Below are positions 1 to 9,156 of a DNA stretch of 62,901 nucleotides, piece by piece; positions within the stretch are counted from its first letter, which is position 1, and each line of letters begins with the position of its first letter. A model generated the notes under the pieces. It saw only the letters and a program-made list of their open reading frames with translations, was not told where the DNA came from and ran no database searches. The stretch covers positions 1 through 62,901 of the forward strand of contig JAEINX010000006.1 of the NCBI GenBank assembly GCA_016342645.1, in the 5' to 3' direction. The DNA comes from Bacteroidales bacterium (lineage in GTDB: Bacteria; Bacteroidota; Bacteroidia; Bacteroidales; JAEINX01). The translations under genes were made by a program, and so were the position numbers.

Positions 1-202
1 TTTTGTGGATTATTATTGCAAGAAAATAATATTAAAATGAAAAGAAAAATGTAAACTATTGTTTTAAAAGTGAATATTCTCATTTGTATAAAATTTCATA
101 TTAACAAAGCAAAAATACTAAATCTTTTAAGGTAGGCTGACATAAATTAAAAGTCAGTATATTTATTTTTCTTTTATTTTATACTTTTTTTACAATGTTT
201 AT

Positions 203-262
203 TTATTGTTTTACGATAATTTTTTAACTTTGTACAATATTTAAATATTGTTTTACGTTATT
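203..262 (+). promoter_or_regulatory. Bacteroidota -7 promoter box (TAACTTTG, 225-232) flanked by two copies of an imperfect palindrome TATTGTTTTACG; putative operator of the downstream HTH regulator
   Basis: ttattgttttacgataa (203-219) and aatattgttttacgttatt (244-262) lie either side of a TAnnTTTG match upstream of the DUF2975/HTH operon. Confidence 0.55.
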
Positions 263-302
263 ATCACATAATTAATTAATTTATAAATTTAAAACCCTTA
301 TT

Positions 303-935
303 ATGAAAACATTAAAATCTTTTCGTTTTAAAACAATTAATGTAATAATTTATATTACTTTAATTTGTTTAATTTTTGGAATCATTGTTAAAATTTGGGA
401 TGCAACAGACAAAATTGCAATTAATCCCCAAAAACTGGACGATTTAAATATTGAACGACCTATTATCAGGCCATTTAATGATGTGTTTTTTTATTTAAAA
501 TCAGAAGTTTTAAAAAACAATAATGAATTATTTAAAGAAATACAAAAAAATGAATTACTACTTGAAGCCATCACAAGTATTGTTTTTTCGATATTTTTTA
601 TTTTGATAATGCTTCAATTGAAATCCCTTTTTTATTCACTAAAAAACAAAACATTCTTTCTTAAAGAAAATCTTTTTTGTGTTAAAAGAATTTCATACTT
701 GCTATTCTTATGGGTAATTACAGATTTTATTATTTATCAGTGCATTCAATTTTTTATTCCTCTTTCAATAATTGCTGAAAATATAAATTATGTACCTATA
801 AATAAGAATTTGTTTTTAACCTTCTTATTTTCTATTAATTTCAATATGCTTATAGCAGCTTTTGCATTTTATGTAATCTCGGTGGTTTTTCGAGAAGGAT
901 TTAGTTTAAAACAAGAATCGGATTTAACTATTTAA
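303..935 (+). CDS. DUF2975-family membrane protein
   Basis: About four hydrophobic segments; C-terminal VFREGFSLKQESDLTI motif typical of DUF2975; followed by the usual HTH partner gene. Confidence 0.8.
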   Translation: MKTLKSFRFKTINVIIYITLICLIFGIIVKIWDATDKIAINPQKLDDLNIERPIIRPFNDVFFYLKSEVLKNNNELFKEIQKNELLLEAITSIVFSIFFILIMLQLKSLFYSLKNKTFFLKENLFCVKRISYLLFLWVITDFIIYQCIQFFIPLSIIAENINYVPINKNLFLTFLFSINFNMLIAAFAFYVISVVFREGFSLKQESDLTI

Positions 936-946
936 ATATAAGCAAA

Positions 947-1156
947 ATGGCTATAATTATCAATTTGGATGTAATGCTGGCAAAAAGAAAAATGAAGCTA
1001 AATGAATTATCGAAATCAGTAGGTATAACAGTTCCTAATTTGTCAATATTAAAACAAGGGAAGGCAAAAGCTATTAAATTATCTACATTAGATTCCATTT
1101 GCAAAACTTTAGATTGCCAACCCGGAGATATTTTAGAGTTTAGAGACGAAGAATAA
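947..1156 (+). CDS. Cro/C1-type HTH transcriptional regulator (YozG-like)
   Basis: MAIIINLDVMLAKRKM...NLSILKQGKAKAI...LDCQPGDIL. Confidence 0.9.
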   Translation: MAIIINLDVMLAKRKMKLNELSKSVGITVPNLSILKQGKAKAIKLSTLDSICKTLDCQPGDILEFRDEE

Positions 1157-1263
1157 AAAATTCATCTTTTTTATTGTAAAACACTAAGCATAGAAATTAA
1201 AAAATATGTTTATGGCTTTTAATAGAATATATTTTATTTCTAAATCTACATATTATATTAATT

Positions 1264-3072
1264 TCACATAGTTATGCCCATTTGCTTCATTAAAAATGTA
1301 GCATTCAGGTTTTTGGAAATTCCGTTTTTAAGTTTGTAATCGAAAATTAGTTTTTCATTTTCAATTTCAACTTCAAAGCAATGGTTAACAATATTTCGGG
1401 GGTAAATATCTGCGAGACTTCCAAGGGCAAGATCGTGAGTTGCTATTATTCCCGACGAATACAAATTTATAAGTTGTTTAAGGAGTGCTTTTGATCCTTC
1501 TTGTTTGTCTTTTGAATTTGTTCCTTTTAGAATTTCATCAAGGATAATAAACAATCGTTCACCATTATTCAGCTTGCTAATTATTATCTGTAGCCTTTTT
1601 AGCTCAGCATAAAAATAGGATTCGTTTTTTTGCAAGGAATCCTTTGTTCGGATACTCGTGAAAATTTCAACCGGAGTGAATTTAAAAGATTTAGCACAAA
1701 CTGTTGAGCCTGTCATAGCCAAAACCAGATTTACACCAACTGTACGCAAATAGGTGCTTTTGCCAGCCATATTGGCTCCGGTAATGATTAAAAATTGTTT
1801 CCAGTCATTAATAACAAAATCATTATCAACTCTTTCTTTTCTATCAATCAAAGGATGTCCAAGTTCAGTTGAAATTATCTGAAAATCGGATTTTGAAATT
1901 TCAGGGAAAACAGAATTGGGATTATTAAAACGGAAATTTGCAAAAGCGCTTAAAGCATCAAATTCTGCAATAACTTCAAACCAAAGCGGAAGATTTTGCT
2001 TATGTTTTTTTTGCCAGTTTTCCATTCTATAAATCTGCAAAAGGTCCCAAAGCAAAAAAATATTCAGGATTGCACCTACCAACATATTCAGGCGTGCATC
2101 GAAAGCATTTGTAATTTTCGATAATTTTTTAATATAAAAACTTGCGGAATGTTTTTTGTCATAAAGAATCTTTTGGCTTCTTTTTAATAATTCCGAACCA
2201 AAATCATAATTTTCAATTTCCGACAATAATGTTGCATATTTCGACAACAATTGTGATTTTTTGCTTATTTGATTGTGGATTTTATTGCTTCGTCTTAAAT
2301 AAAAACCTGCTATTCCCATTGGAAGCATTAAGTATAAAATCAAGTATGCCAGCTCTATAACATTAAAAGAATATAGAAAAAACATTGAAAATGTAAGAAT
2401 TGGCACAAAAATTATTATGAATTTAAAATGTCCTTTATCAAACATTTTCCTTCCGTTAAGCCAGTCAATAATTTGTTCTTTTTCATCATTATTTTCATGA
2501 ATAGTAAAAGATTTCGCCATAAAATTTTGCCTCCAATCAATCATTTTCGAAAGTTCGGAAACAGCCTCTTGCTTCGATTTAATTCTTTTTGATTTTTTTT
2601 CGGGTTGAGAAAACTCTTGAGCGAGTTTAGATTTTCCGATTGCCGTTGTAGTTCTATTAAAATATTGAAAAATTGATGATTCTCCAAAAATATCAAGATC
2701 GGATGTGAAAGGATGATTATGGTCAATAAATTCCTTGCCATCAGCGAACGAGCTAAAATCTCCATCAATTGCTTTTATTTCATCAATATTAATCTTTACA
2801 AGGTTTTCATAATATTTCTTTTTATTAAAAACAAAAGTGTGCTTTCGTACGAGAAACAGAAACAGAACTAAGGAAACACTTAATGAAACAATTAAAAATA
2901 AAGCATTGGAATTTATCCCAAAATAAACCAAAACAATCCCGGCAAGAAACACAAATAAACGCAGAAATGAAATCCAGGCAAGTTGTTTTTTAATCTTCTG
3001 TAATTTAAAATTGTATTTTTCAAGTCTGGAGGAGTATTCTTTTTTTATTTCATTAATTGAGCTTGGTTTCAT
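1264..3072 (-). CDS. Membrane-anchored MutS-family ATPase (domain V, no mismatch-recognition domain)
   Basis: Walker A TGANMAGKST, ILDEILKGTNS, IIATHDL; N-terminal transmembrane segments. Confidence 0.85.
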   Translation of the reverse strand: MKPSSINEIKKEYSSRLEKYNFKLQKIKKQLAWISFLRLFVFLAGIVLVYFGINSNALFLIVSLSVSLVLFLFLVRKHTFVFNKKKYYENLVKINIDEIKAIDGDFSSFADGKEFIDHNHPFTSDLDIFGESSIFQYFNRTTTAIGKSKLAQEFSQPEKKSKRIKSKQEAVSELSKMIDWRQNFMAKSFTIHENNDEKEQIIDWLNGRKMFDKGHFKFIIIFVPILTFSMFFLYSFNVIELAYLILYLMLPMGIAGFYLRRSNKIHNQISKKSQLLSKYATLLSEIENYDFGSELLKRSQKILYDKKHSASFYIKKLSKITNAFDARLNMLVGAILNIFLLWDLLQIYRMENWQKKHKQNLPLWFEVIAEFDALSAFANFRFNNPNSVFPEISKSDFQIISTELGHPLIDRKERVDNDFVINDWKQFLIITGANMAGKSTYLRTVGVNLVLAMTGSTVCAKSFKFTPVEIFTSIRTKDSLQKNESYFYAELKRLQIIISKLNNGERLFIILDEILKGTNSKDKQEGSKALLKQLINLYSSGIIATHDLALGSLADIYPRNIVNHCFEVEIENEKLIFDYKLKNGISKNLNATFLMKQMGITM

Positions 3073-3201
3073 AATTTCGGACTTTTCCTGATTTCTAAAA
3101 ACAAAGAAAAGTATTTTATCTTGTTACTGAGAATGATTTTTTGTTAAAAATTATTAATTTAATTTTATGGAAGTCAATTTTCAGTAGTATATTTCCCTTA
3201 C

Positions 3202-3413
3202 GGTGGGGTGAACGAAATAGTGTTAATCCGTCCTAATATTTTTATTGATATTTACTTTATAAAACCGTTAAAACGGTTCATTATTTCATATTTCATTAGT
3301 AACCCACGACTTAAGTCGTGGGCTGCTTAGGTCGAGTAATTTCACTAAGCATTTTAATGGTTCATAAATGAACTAACATTTTTTCAAATTAATTTAATTT
3401 AACTCACCCCACC
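3202..3413. mobile_element. MITE-like non-autonomous element, 212 bp
   Basis: Terminal inverted repeats ggtggggtga (3202-3211) / tcaccccacc (3404-3413); flanking direct repeat cttac (3197-3201 and 3414-3418); no ORF. Confidence 0.65.
3263..3322. repeat. REP-like palindromes inside the MITE-like element
   Basis: Perfect 20-bp palindrome cccacgacttaagtcgtggg (3303-3322) and hairpin aaccgttaaaacggtt (3263-3278). Confidence 0.8.
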
Positions 3414-3414
3414 C

Positions 3415-4134
3415 TTACGGTTTAATTTCTATTCTTCTTCTTTTTCCAATTGGGCAAACCGCAACACATAAACCGCATATTTTTATATCAGTATTTAGTT
3501 TTTGTTTTGCTAATTCACCGCATTTGTCCCTGCATTTATGTGAATCAAAAAACTCATCTCTATGAATGTTTATATTCCACAATTTCCCATTTGCAGCCTT
3601 TGCCGGACATTTTTCAACACAAATATTACATTCCCCACATTTACTATAATTAATAGGAATGGATTCTGTACCGGGATTTTTATTGATCAATATACTTACT
3701 AATCTTAGACGCGGCCCAAATTCATTGGAAATAAACAAAGCTGTTTTTCCAATCCAGCCTAATCCTGCTCTCGTGGCAATCATCTTGTGAGAAACTTCAT
3801 AAGTCAGAGTATTAAAATTTCCCTTAAACTCCTTTTCTGTTATTAATGTAGTTGGTTTTATGATAAGCGAGCTAATGTTGTTTTTTTGCAACTCATTTTT
3901 AATTTTTTCAGCAATCTCCAATAATTGTGAATTTGTAAGCTGGTAGTGCTCAAAATATTCTAAAGTGGGGCCATTTTTAATTGCATCAATTATTTTATCA
4001 TCCAATCTTTTTCCAATAGAAATTCCAAATTGATGGTCTGAAAATTTCTTATTAATCAATCCCCTCAAATCGGCAGTTCCATAAATAAAATCCTCAATAG
4101 GAAATAAATTGTCTTGCAATATTTTACTTATCAT
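3415..4134 (-). CDS. Epoxyqueuosine reductase (QueG)-like 4Fe-4S protein
   Basis: SHKMIATRAGLGWIGK, FGPRLRL, CGECNICVEKCP and CGLCVAVCP motifs. Confidence 0.75.
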   Translation of the reverse strand: MISKILQDNLFPIEDFIYGTADLRGLINKKFSDHQFGISIGKRLDDKIIDAIKNGPTLEYFEHYQLTNSQLLEIAEKIKNELQKNNISSLIIKPTTLITEKEFKGNFNTLTYEVSHKMIATRAGLGWIGKTALFISNEFGPRLRLVSILINKNPGTESIPINYSKCGECNICVEKCPAKAANGKLWNINIHRDEFFDSHKCRDKCGELAKQKLNTDIKICGLCVAVCPIGKRRRIEIKP

Positions 4135-4490
4135 TTCTGATTGAATTTGTTTACAAACTGCACCTAAAAAAACTTTGCATGCTCATATTGATTATAAATT
4201 TTTAGACAAAAATAGTAGTTTTATAATTCAATTATTTTTAATATTTTTAGCAAAGCCTTACTACGACCTAAAACCAGAAAGGATTTTAACGAGTTTGAAT
4301 AAATGTGTTTCTAATAAGAAATGCCTGTATTTTAACTATTTTAATGGTTTTTTAATAATTTTATGAATTAATCAAGATAAGATAGTTTATGATTTTTTTT
4401 AAAATAAACGACAATGTATAGGAATAATTTATAAATTCGCTTTTGAGAAAATTTAAACAATAAAAAATATAACAAATTAATACTTGAAAA

Positions 4491-6590
4491 ATGAAAAAAT
4501 ATTTATCGTTCGTACTGTTAATTGCATTGTTTTCATTAATAAGTTGTGAAGCAGTAGATGAACACAAAAAAACAAAAGACAGCGCTCCATTAATCGGAAA
4601 ACCCGATATTAAATTAAAAAGCGACAGGATGACCCCTGAAGTTTTATGGTCGTTCGGTAGAGTAAGCGATCCACAGGTTTCGCCTGATGGAAAAGCAGTT
4701 TTATATGGAGTTTCTTATTATTCAATTGATCAAAACAAGGGTAACCGTGAATTGTATTCCGTTGACGTAGATGGAAAAAACTACAAACAACTTACAAAAT
4801 CACCAAATAGTGAATATAATGCTATTTGGAGGCCCGATGGTAAAAAAATTGGATTTCTGACCTCCGAGAGCGGTTCTTATCAATTATGGGAAATGGATAC
4901 CAGCGGCGAGGGCCGGACCCAAATTTCAGATATTGAGGGAGGAATCACAGGCTTCAAATATGCTCCCGATCAGAAAAAAATTGTTTATACTAAAGAAGTT
5001 GTTCTTGAAAATAAATTCAAAAATTTATACAAAGGTTTACCTGAAGCTACAGGCCGTTTGATGAATGACGCAATGTACAGGCATTGGGATCAGTGGGTTG
5101 ATTCATATAGCCATGTTTTTGTTGCTGATTATGATGGCAAAAAAGTTTTTAACGACAAAGACCTTATGAAAGATGAACCTTATCAATCGCCTTTAAAACC
5201 CTTTGGTGGCATAGAACAAGTTGAATGGTCAGCCGATAGCAAAGTTGTTGCATATACTTGTAAGAAACTTTACGGCAAAGCGGCCACACTTTCTACTAAC
5301 TCGGCTATTTATTTTTACAATACAGAAACCGGAAAAACCGAGAACATGACCAAAGGAATGATGGGTTTTGATGTTGCACCGGTTTTTTCGCCTAATGGAG
5401 ATTACATGGCTTGGGAAAGCATGGAAAGAGATGGTTATGAATCTGATAAAAATCGTTTATACATTATGAACTTGAAAAACGGCAAGCTTACTTATGCCAC
5501 CGAAGGTTTCGATCAAAATGCCGGAAGCATATGTTGGTCGGCTGATAGTAAAGCGATCTATTTTACCAGCGACTGGCATGGAGCATTTCAGGTTTATAAA
5601 TTCAATTTAAGCACAAAGAAAATTGATCAAATAACCAAAGGTTTACATGATTATCGCAGCGTAACAATTGCCGGCGGGAAACTTATTTCGGCAAAACAGA
5701 CAATGTCATTTCCAACTGAATTATTTTCTATTAACGAAAAAGACGGTTCGGCTGAGCAAATTACTTTTACAAACAAAGATTTACTCGCTAAGCTGACAAT
5801 GGGAAAAACCGAAGAGCGCTGGATAAAAACCCATGATAACAAAGATATGCAAGTTTTTGTGATTTATCCGCCAAATTTCGATAAGAATAAAAAATATCCA
5901 GCAATACTTTATTGCAAGGGAGGGCCTCAAGGTCCGTTAAGTCAAAGTTTCCACTATCGTTGGAATTATCAGATTATGGCTGCTAACGATTATATTATTG
6001 TTGCACCTGCTCGTAGAGGGGTTTCTGGTTTCGGCCAAGCTTGGCAGGAACAGATCAGTGGTGATTATCATGGCAAAAGCATGCAGGATTACTTGACAGC
6101 TATTGATGAACTTGCAAAAGAACCATTTATTGATGAAAATCGGCTTGGGGCTTTAGGAGCAAGTGCAGGAGGTTATGCTGTTTATTATCTTGCCGGAAAT
6201 CATAACAAAAGATTTAAAGCATTTATAGCTCACGACGGAATTTTCAACGAAGAAGCCCAATATCTTGAAACAGAAGAAATGTGGTTCGAAAATTGGGACA
6301 AAGGGGGGCCTTTCTGGGAAGAAAAAAATCGCGTAGCTCGGGAAGCATATGCTCATTCGCCACATAAATTTGTTCAAAATTGGGATACACCTATACTTAT
6401 TATTCATGGTGAACTGGATTACAGAGTTGTATTCACCCAAGGTATGACAGCTTTTAATGCAGCGATATTAAGAGACATTCCGGCAGAATTCCTGTTTTTC
6501 CCCGATGAAAATCATTGGGTATTACAGCCTCAAAACGGTATTCTTTGGCAAAGAACATTTTTTGATTGGTTAGATAAATGGTTGAAGTAA
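4491..6590 (+). CDS. S9-family (prolyl oligopeptidase / DPP5-like) serine peptidase, lipoprotein
   Basis: Lipobox LISC; beta-propeller repeats; GASAGG nucleophile, HGELDYRV, PDENHWV. Confidence 0.9.
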   Translation: MKKYLSFVLLIALFSLISCEAVDEHKKTKDSAPLIGKPDIKLKSDRMTPEVLWSFGRVSDPQVSPDGKAVLYGVSYYSIDQNKGNRELYSVDVDGKNYKQLTKSPNSEYNAIWRPDGKKIGFLTSESGSYQLWEMDTSGEGRTQISDIEGGITGFKYAPDQKKIVYTKEVVLENKFKNLYKGLPEATGRLMNDAMYRHWDQWVDSYSHVFVADYDGKKVFNDKDLMKDEPYQSPLKPFGGIEQVEWSADSKVVAYTCKKLYGKAATLSTNSAIYFYNTETGKTENMTKGMMGFDVAPVFSPNGDYMAWESMERDGYESDKNRLYIMNLKNGKLTYATEGFDQNAGSICWSADSKAIYFTSDWHGAFQVYKFNLSTKKIDQITKGLHDYRSVTIAGGKLISAKQTMSFPTELFSINEKDGSAEQITFTNKDLLAKLTMGKTEERWIKTHDNKDMQVFVIYPPNFDKNKKYPAILYCKGGPQGPLSQSFHYRWNYQIMAANDYIIVAPARRGVSGFGQAWQEQISGDYHGKSMQDYLTAIDELAKEPFIDENRLGALGASAGGYAVYYLAGNHNKRFKAFIAHDGIFNEEAQYLETEEMWFENWDKGGPFWEEKNRVAREAYAHSPHKFVQNWDTPILIIHGELDYRVVFTQGMTAFNAAILRDIPAEFLFFPDENHWVLQPQNGILWQRTFFDWLDKWLK

Positions 6591-6980
6591 AATGTTTTTC
6601 CGATAAAATCATTTGTAAATTATTGCTTGAATTGGCGATATTTCTATTGAGTTCAAAAAACCAGAAGTCTTTCTTTGTTGGTTAGTATTTTTCTACTTTT
6701 ACTTTTTTTGCAAAATTAAAAAAGTTTTTTAGCCATTGGCATTGATACTCGTGGGGAAAGGGATTCAGGTGAAAAATTGGCGTTTTAGGGCAGCCACTAT
6801 TTAGTTAAACCTCAATTAAAACTTCAAAAAGAAGAAAATCCAAGAAACGAAAAATAAAAGAATCAGAAAATCTTTTATCCAATTATCACAATTAATCTTT
6901 TAATAACAATCTAAATTAATTCGTTCCATTAGCGTAATTCGATGATAAAAAATCGAATTCTATAAACAACATATATTTAA

Positions 6981-7463
6981 TTATCTATTAGTTCTAAGTC
7001 TAACATTAATATATCCTCCTTTTATCCAATAGCAAGTTTCATCACATTCGCTGGAGTTTTTTTTGGCTTTTATTTTGTCACCGTCAACTGCAATTATTGT
7101 TTTATTCCCGCTTTTATATTTTGCTTCAACCGAATAATATTCATCAACTTTTACCCATAAATAATAATCCTCGCAAATTGCAGTGTCAATATAATCAATA
7201 TTCTGGTCTTCAATTTTTCCTTTATATATTACAAGAGGAACCCATGGGTTTTCGCTGTTGATTGTAACTTTAACGCTTAAGTCGGCCGAATCCGGTTTTA
7301 TCTGATAACATTCCGAGCAATCAAATTTTTCTAATGAAAATTTTGTATTTCTTTCACAGGAAATTAATATTACAATTAACAGTAAAACAAATATATAAAA
7401 GTGTTTCTTGAATTCTATTTTCATATGTAATAGTATCTTTTTTGTTAGACATAAAATCATCAT
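6981..7463 (-). CDS. Cys-containing hypothetical lipoprotein
   Basis: Hydrophobic signal ending LISC; CSEC and CDETC motifs; true start may be a later Met (MKIEF). Confidence 0.7.
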   Translation of the reverse strand: MMILCLTKKILLHMKIEFKKHFYIFVLLLIVILISCERNTKFSLEKFDCSECYQIKPDSADLSVKVTINSENPWVPLVIYKGKIEDQNIDYIDTAICEDYYLWVKVDEYYSVEAKYKSGNKTIIAVDGDKIKAKKNSSECDETCYWIKGGYINVRLRTNR

Positions 7464-8875
7464 AAACTAATAAAAGCTTTGTTTTTTTCTTTGTATTTTG
7501 TTGTATTCAAATAAAATCCTATTCCAAAATTTAAACGATGCGGCGAAATAGGCTCCGTATGAAAATTCAAATATTCGTAGCCGAGAAAAATTTTATAAAA
7601 GCCTTTTTTATAAAAAAAATTAATACCCGGAGCAGCTAATAATTTATTTTTAGGTTTTAAAGTGGAACCCCTATAATTGCAAAATGTATATGCCGCTTTT
7701 AATTGTGCATCCAAACCAAAATTACAATTTTCACTAAATGAATAAAGTGAAAAACTTTTTGATAGACTTAGGGTTATCATCGATCGGTGTTCCCAAAATT
7801 GATAAAAAATATTCTTTTCTTTTTCTAACAAAACATTTCTTGTCCAAGGCCTGACATGAAAGCCAAAAAGCAAAATTGTCCTTGTTTTCTCTTCAGCAAA
7901 GCCTATTTCAAGGCCTGTCATAAAATCTTTTGTATTCCCCGAAGAATTTAAATTAACTACAAATTTATTAACATATAATTTATTAACTGTAAATGCACCA
8001 TTCGATTTTAAAATTTCAATAATATCTTTGTTTTTATTAAGCTTTGCAAGTGACAAAGGTTTCAAATAAGGATTTATTTCAACGTTGACGTCTGCACCAT
8101 TGTCGATTAGGATTTTTACAATTTCAACATGATTGTTTTTTATTGCCAAAGATAAAGCATCCATTCCAAAAACATTTTTCTGCAAAACATTGGCACCTTT
8201 ATCTATTAATAATTCAACTATTGAAAAATCACCAATTTGAGAAGCAAACATAAGTGGAGTAAAGCCCTCGTTATCAAAAGCGTTCAGATCAGAACCATTT
8301 CTTATTAATAGTTCAATAATATCATAATCGGAGTTCGTTACTGAAATCATTAAAGGCGTATTGCCCTGAGAATCCTTTTGTTCGATATTCGCACCATAAA
8401 AAATAAGCATATCGCTTAATATAAATTTGTTATTAGCAACGGAATACCATAAAGAAGAGCGATTTACAAAGTCGATTGCATTTATTGAGGCCTCATTTAG
8501 TATCAAATGTTCAACAATTTCTTCATAATTGTTTTTCGCTGCACTAATTAATGCCGTTGTTCCTTCATTAGGTGTTGCATTAACATCAGCACCGTTGAAG
8601 ATTAGAATTTTAACAATTGACAAATATCCACCCTGAGACGCATACATCAAAGGTGTAATTCCTTCATAAGTACTTGCATTTTCATTTGCACCAAGCTTCA
8701 AAAGTTTCAAAACTTTTTTTTCATTTCCTTCATATGCGGCATTTAATAATTCAAAATTTAGTTCATCTTCCGAAAGAAATTTTGCTTTTTGTAAACTATC
8801 ATTTTCCTGAGAAATAAGCACTTTGGACAGAATAAGAAATGAAATAAAAATTATGTAGATTGGTTTTCCTATCAT
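7460..8875 (-). CDS. Exported ankyrin-repeat protein with a probable C-terminal outer-membrane beta-barrel
   Basis: Signal peptide; repeated GxTPL...A...GADVN units; C-terminal alternating hydrophobic strands ending RLNFGIGFYL. Confidence 0.8.
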   Translation of the reverse strand: MIGKPIYIIFISFLILSKVLISQENDSLQKAKFLSEDELNFELLNAAYEGNEKKVLKLLKLGANENASTYEGITPLMYASQGGYLSIVKILIFNGADVNATPNEGTTALISAAKNNYEEIVEHLILNEASINAIDFVNRSSLWYSVANNKFILSDMLIFYGANIEQKDSQGNTPLMISVTNSDYDIIELLIRNGSDLNAFDNEGFTPLMFASQIGDFSIVELLIDKGANVLQKNVFGMDALSLAIKNNHVEIVKILIDNGADVNVEINPYLKPLSLAKLNKNKDIIEILKSNGAFTVNKLYVNKFVVNLNSSGNTKDFMTGLEIGFAEEKTRTILLFGFHVRPWTRNVLLEKEKNIFYQFWEHRSMITLSLSKSFSLYSFSENCNFGLDAQLKAAYTFCNYRGSTLKPKNKLLAAPGINFFYKKGFYKIFLGYEYLNFHTEPISPHRLNFGIGFYLNTTKYKEKNKAFISL

Positions 8876-9014
8876 AATAATAAATTAATTCAAAAGCCAT
8901 AATAAATAACAATTTTTATACCATCATAATTAAAAATAAAAAAAAATCTTTGGTCGTTTGATTATCATTATATTGTAATTCAACGGTCATTTCAGTAGTA
9001 TAAGTTATTTTCTA

Positions 9015-9070
9015 TATTTCCCTTATTTCCCTTATTTCCCTTATTTCCCTTATTTCCCATGTTCCCCTTA
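9015..9070. repeat. 9-bp tandem repeat (TATTTCCCT) x ~6
   Basis: Read directly from the sequence. Confidence 0.9.
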
Positions 9071-9156
9071 CATACTCAAAAAGAAATTATCACTTTCAAT
9101 TTAATAGATCCGTAACAAATTTCTTATATTGCAAATAATTTTAAAATCATTATTCT

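Noticed and set aside
6591-6980. Long intergenic region with a GC-richer patch (gttttagggcagccact), possibly an IS end or gene remnant
   Set aside because: No matching inverted repeat or recognisable reading frame; cannot be supported without a database search
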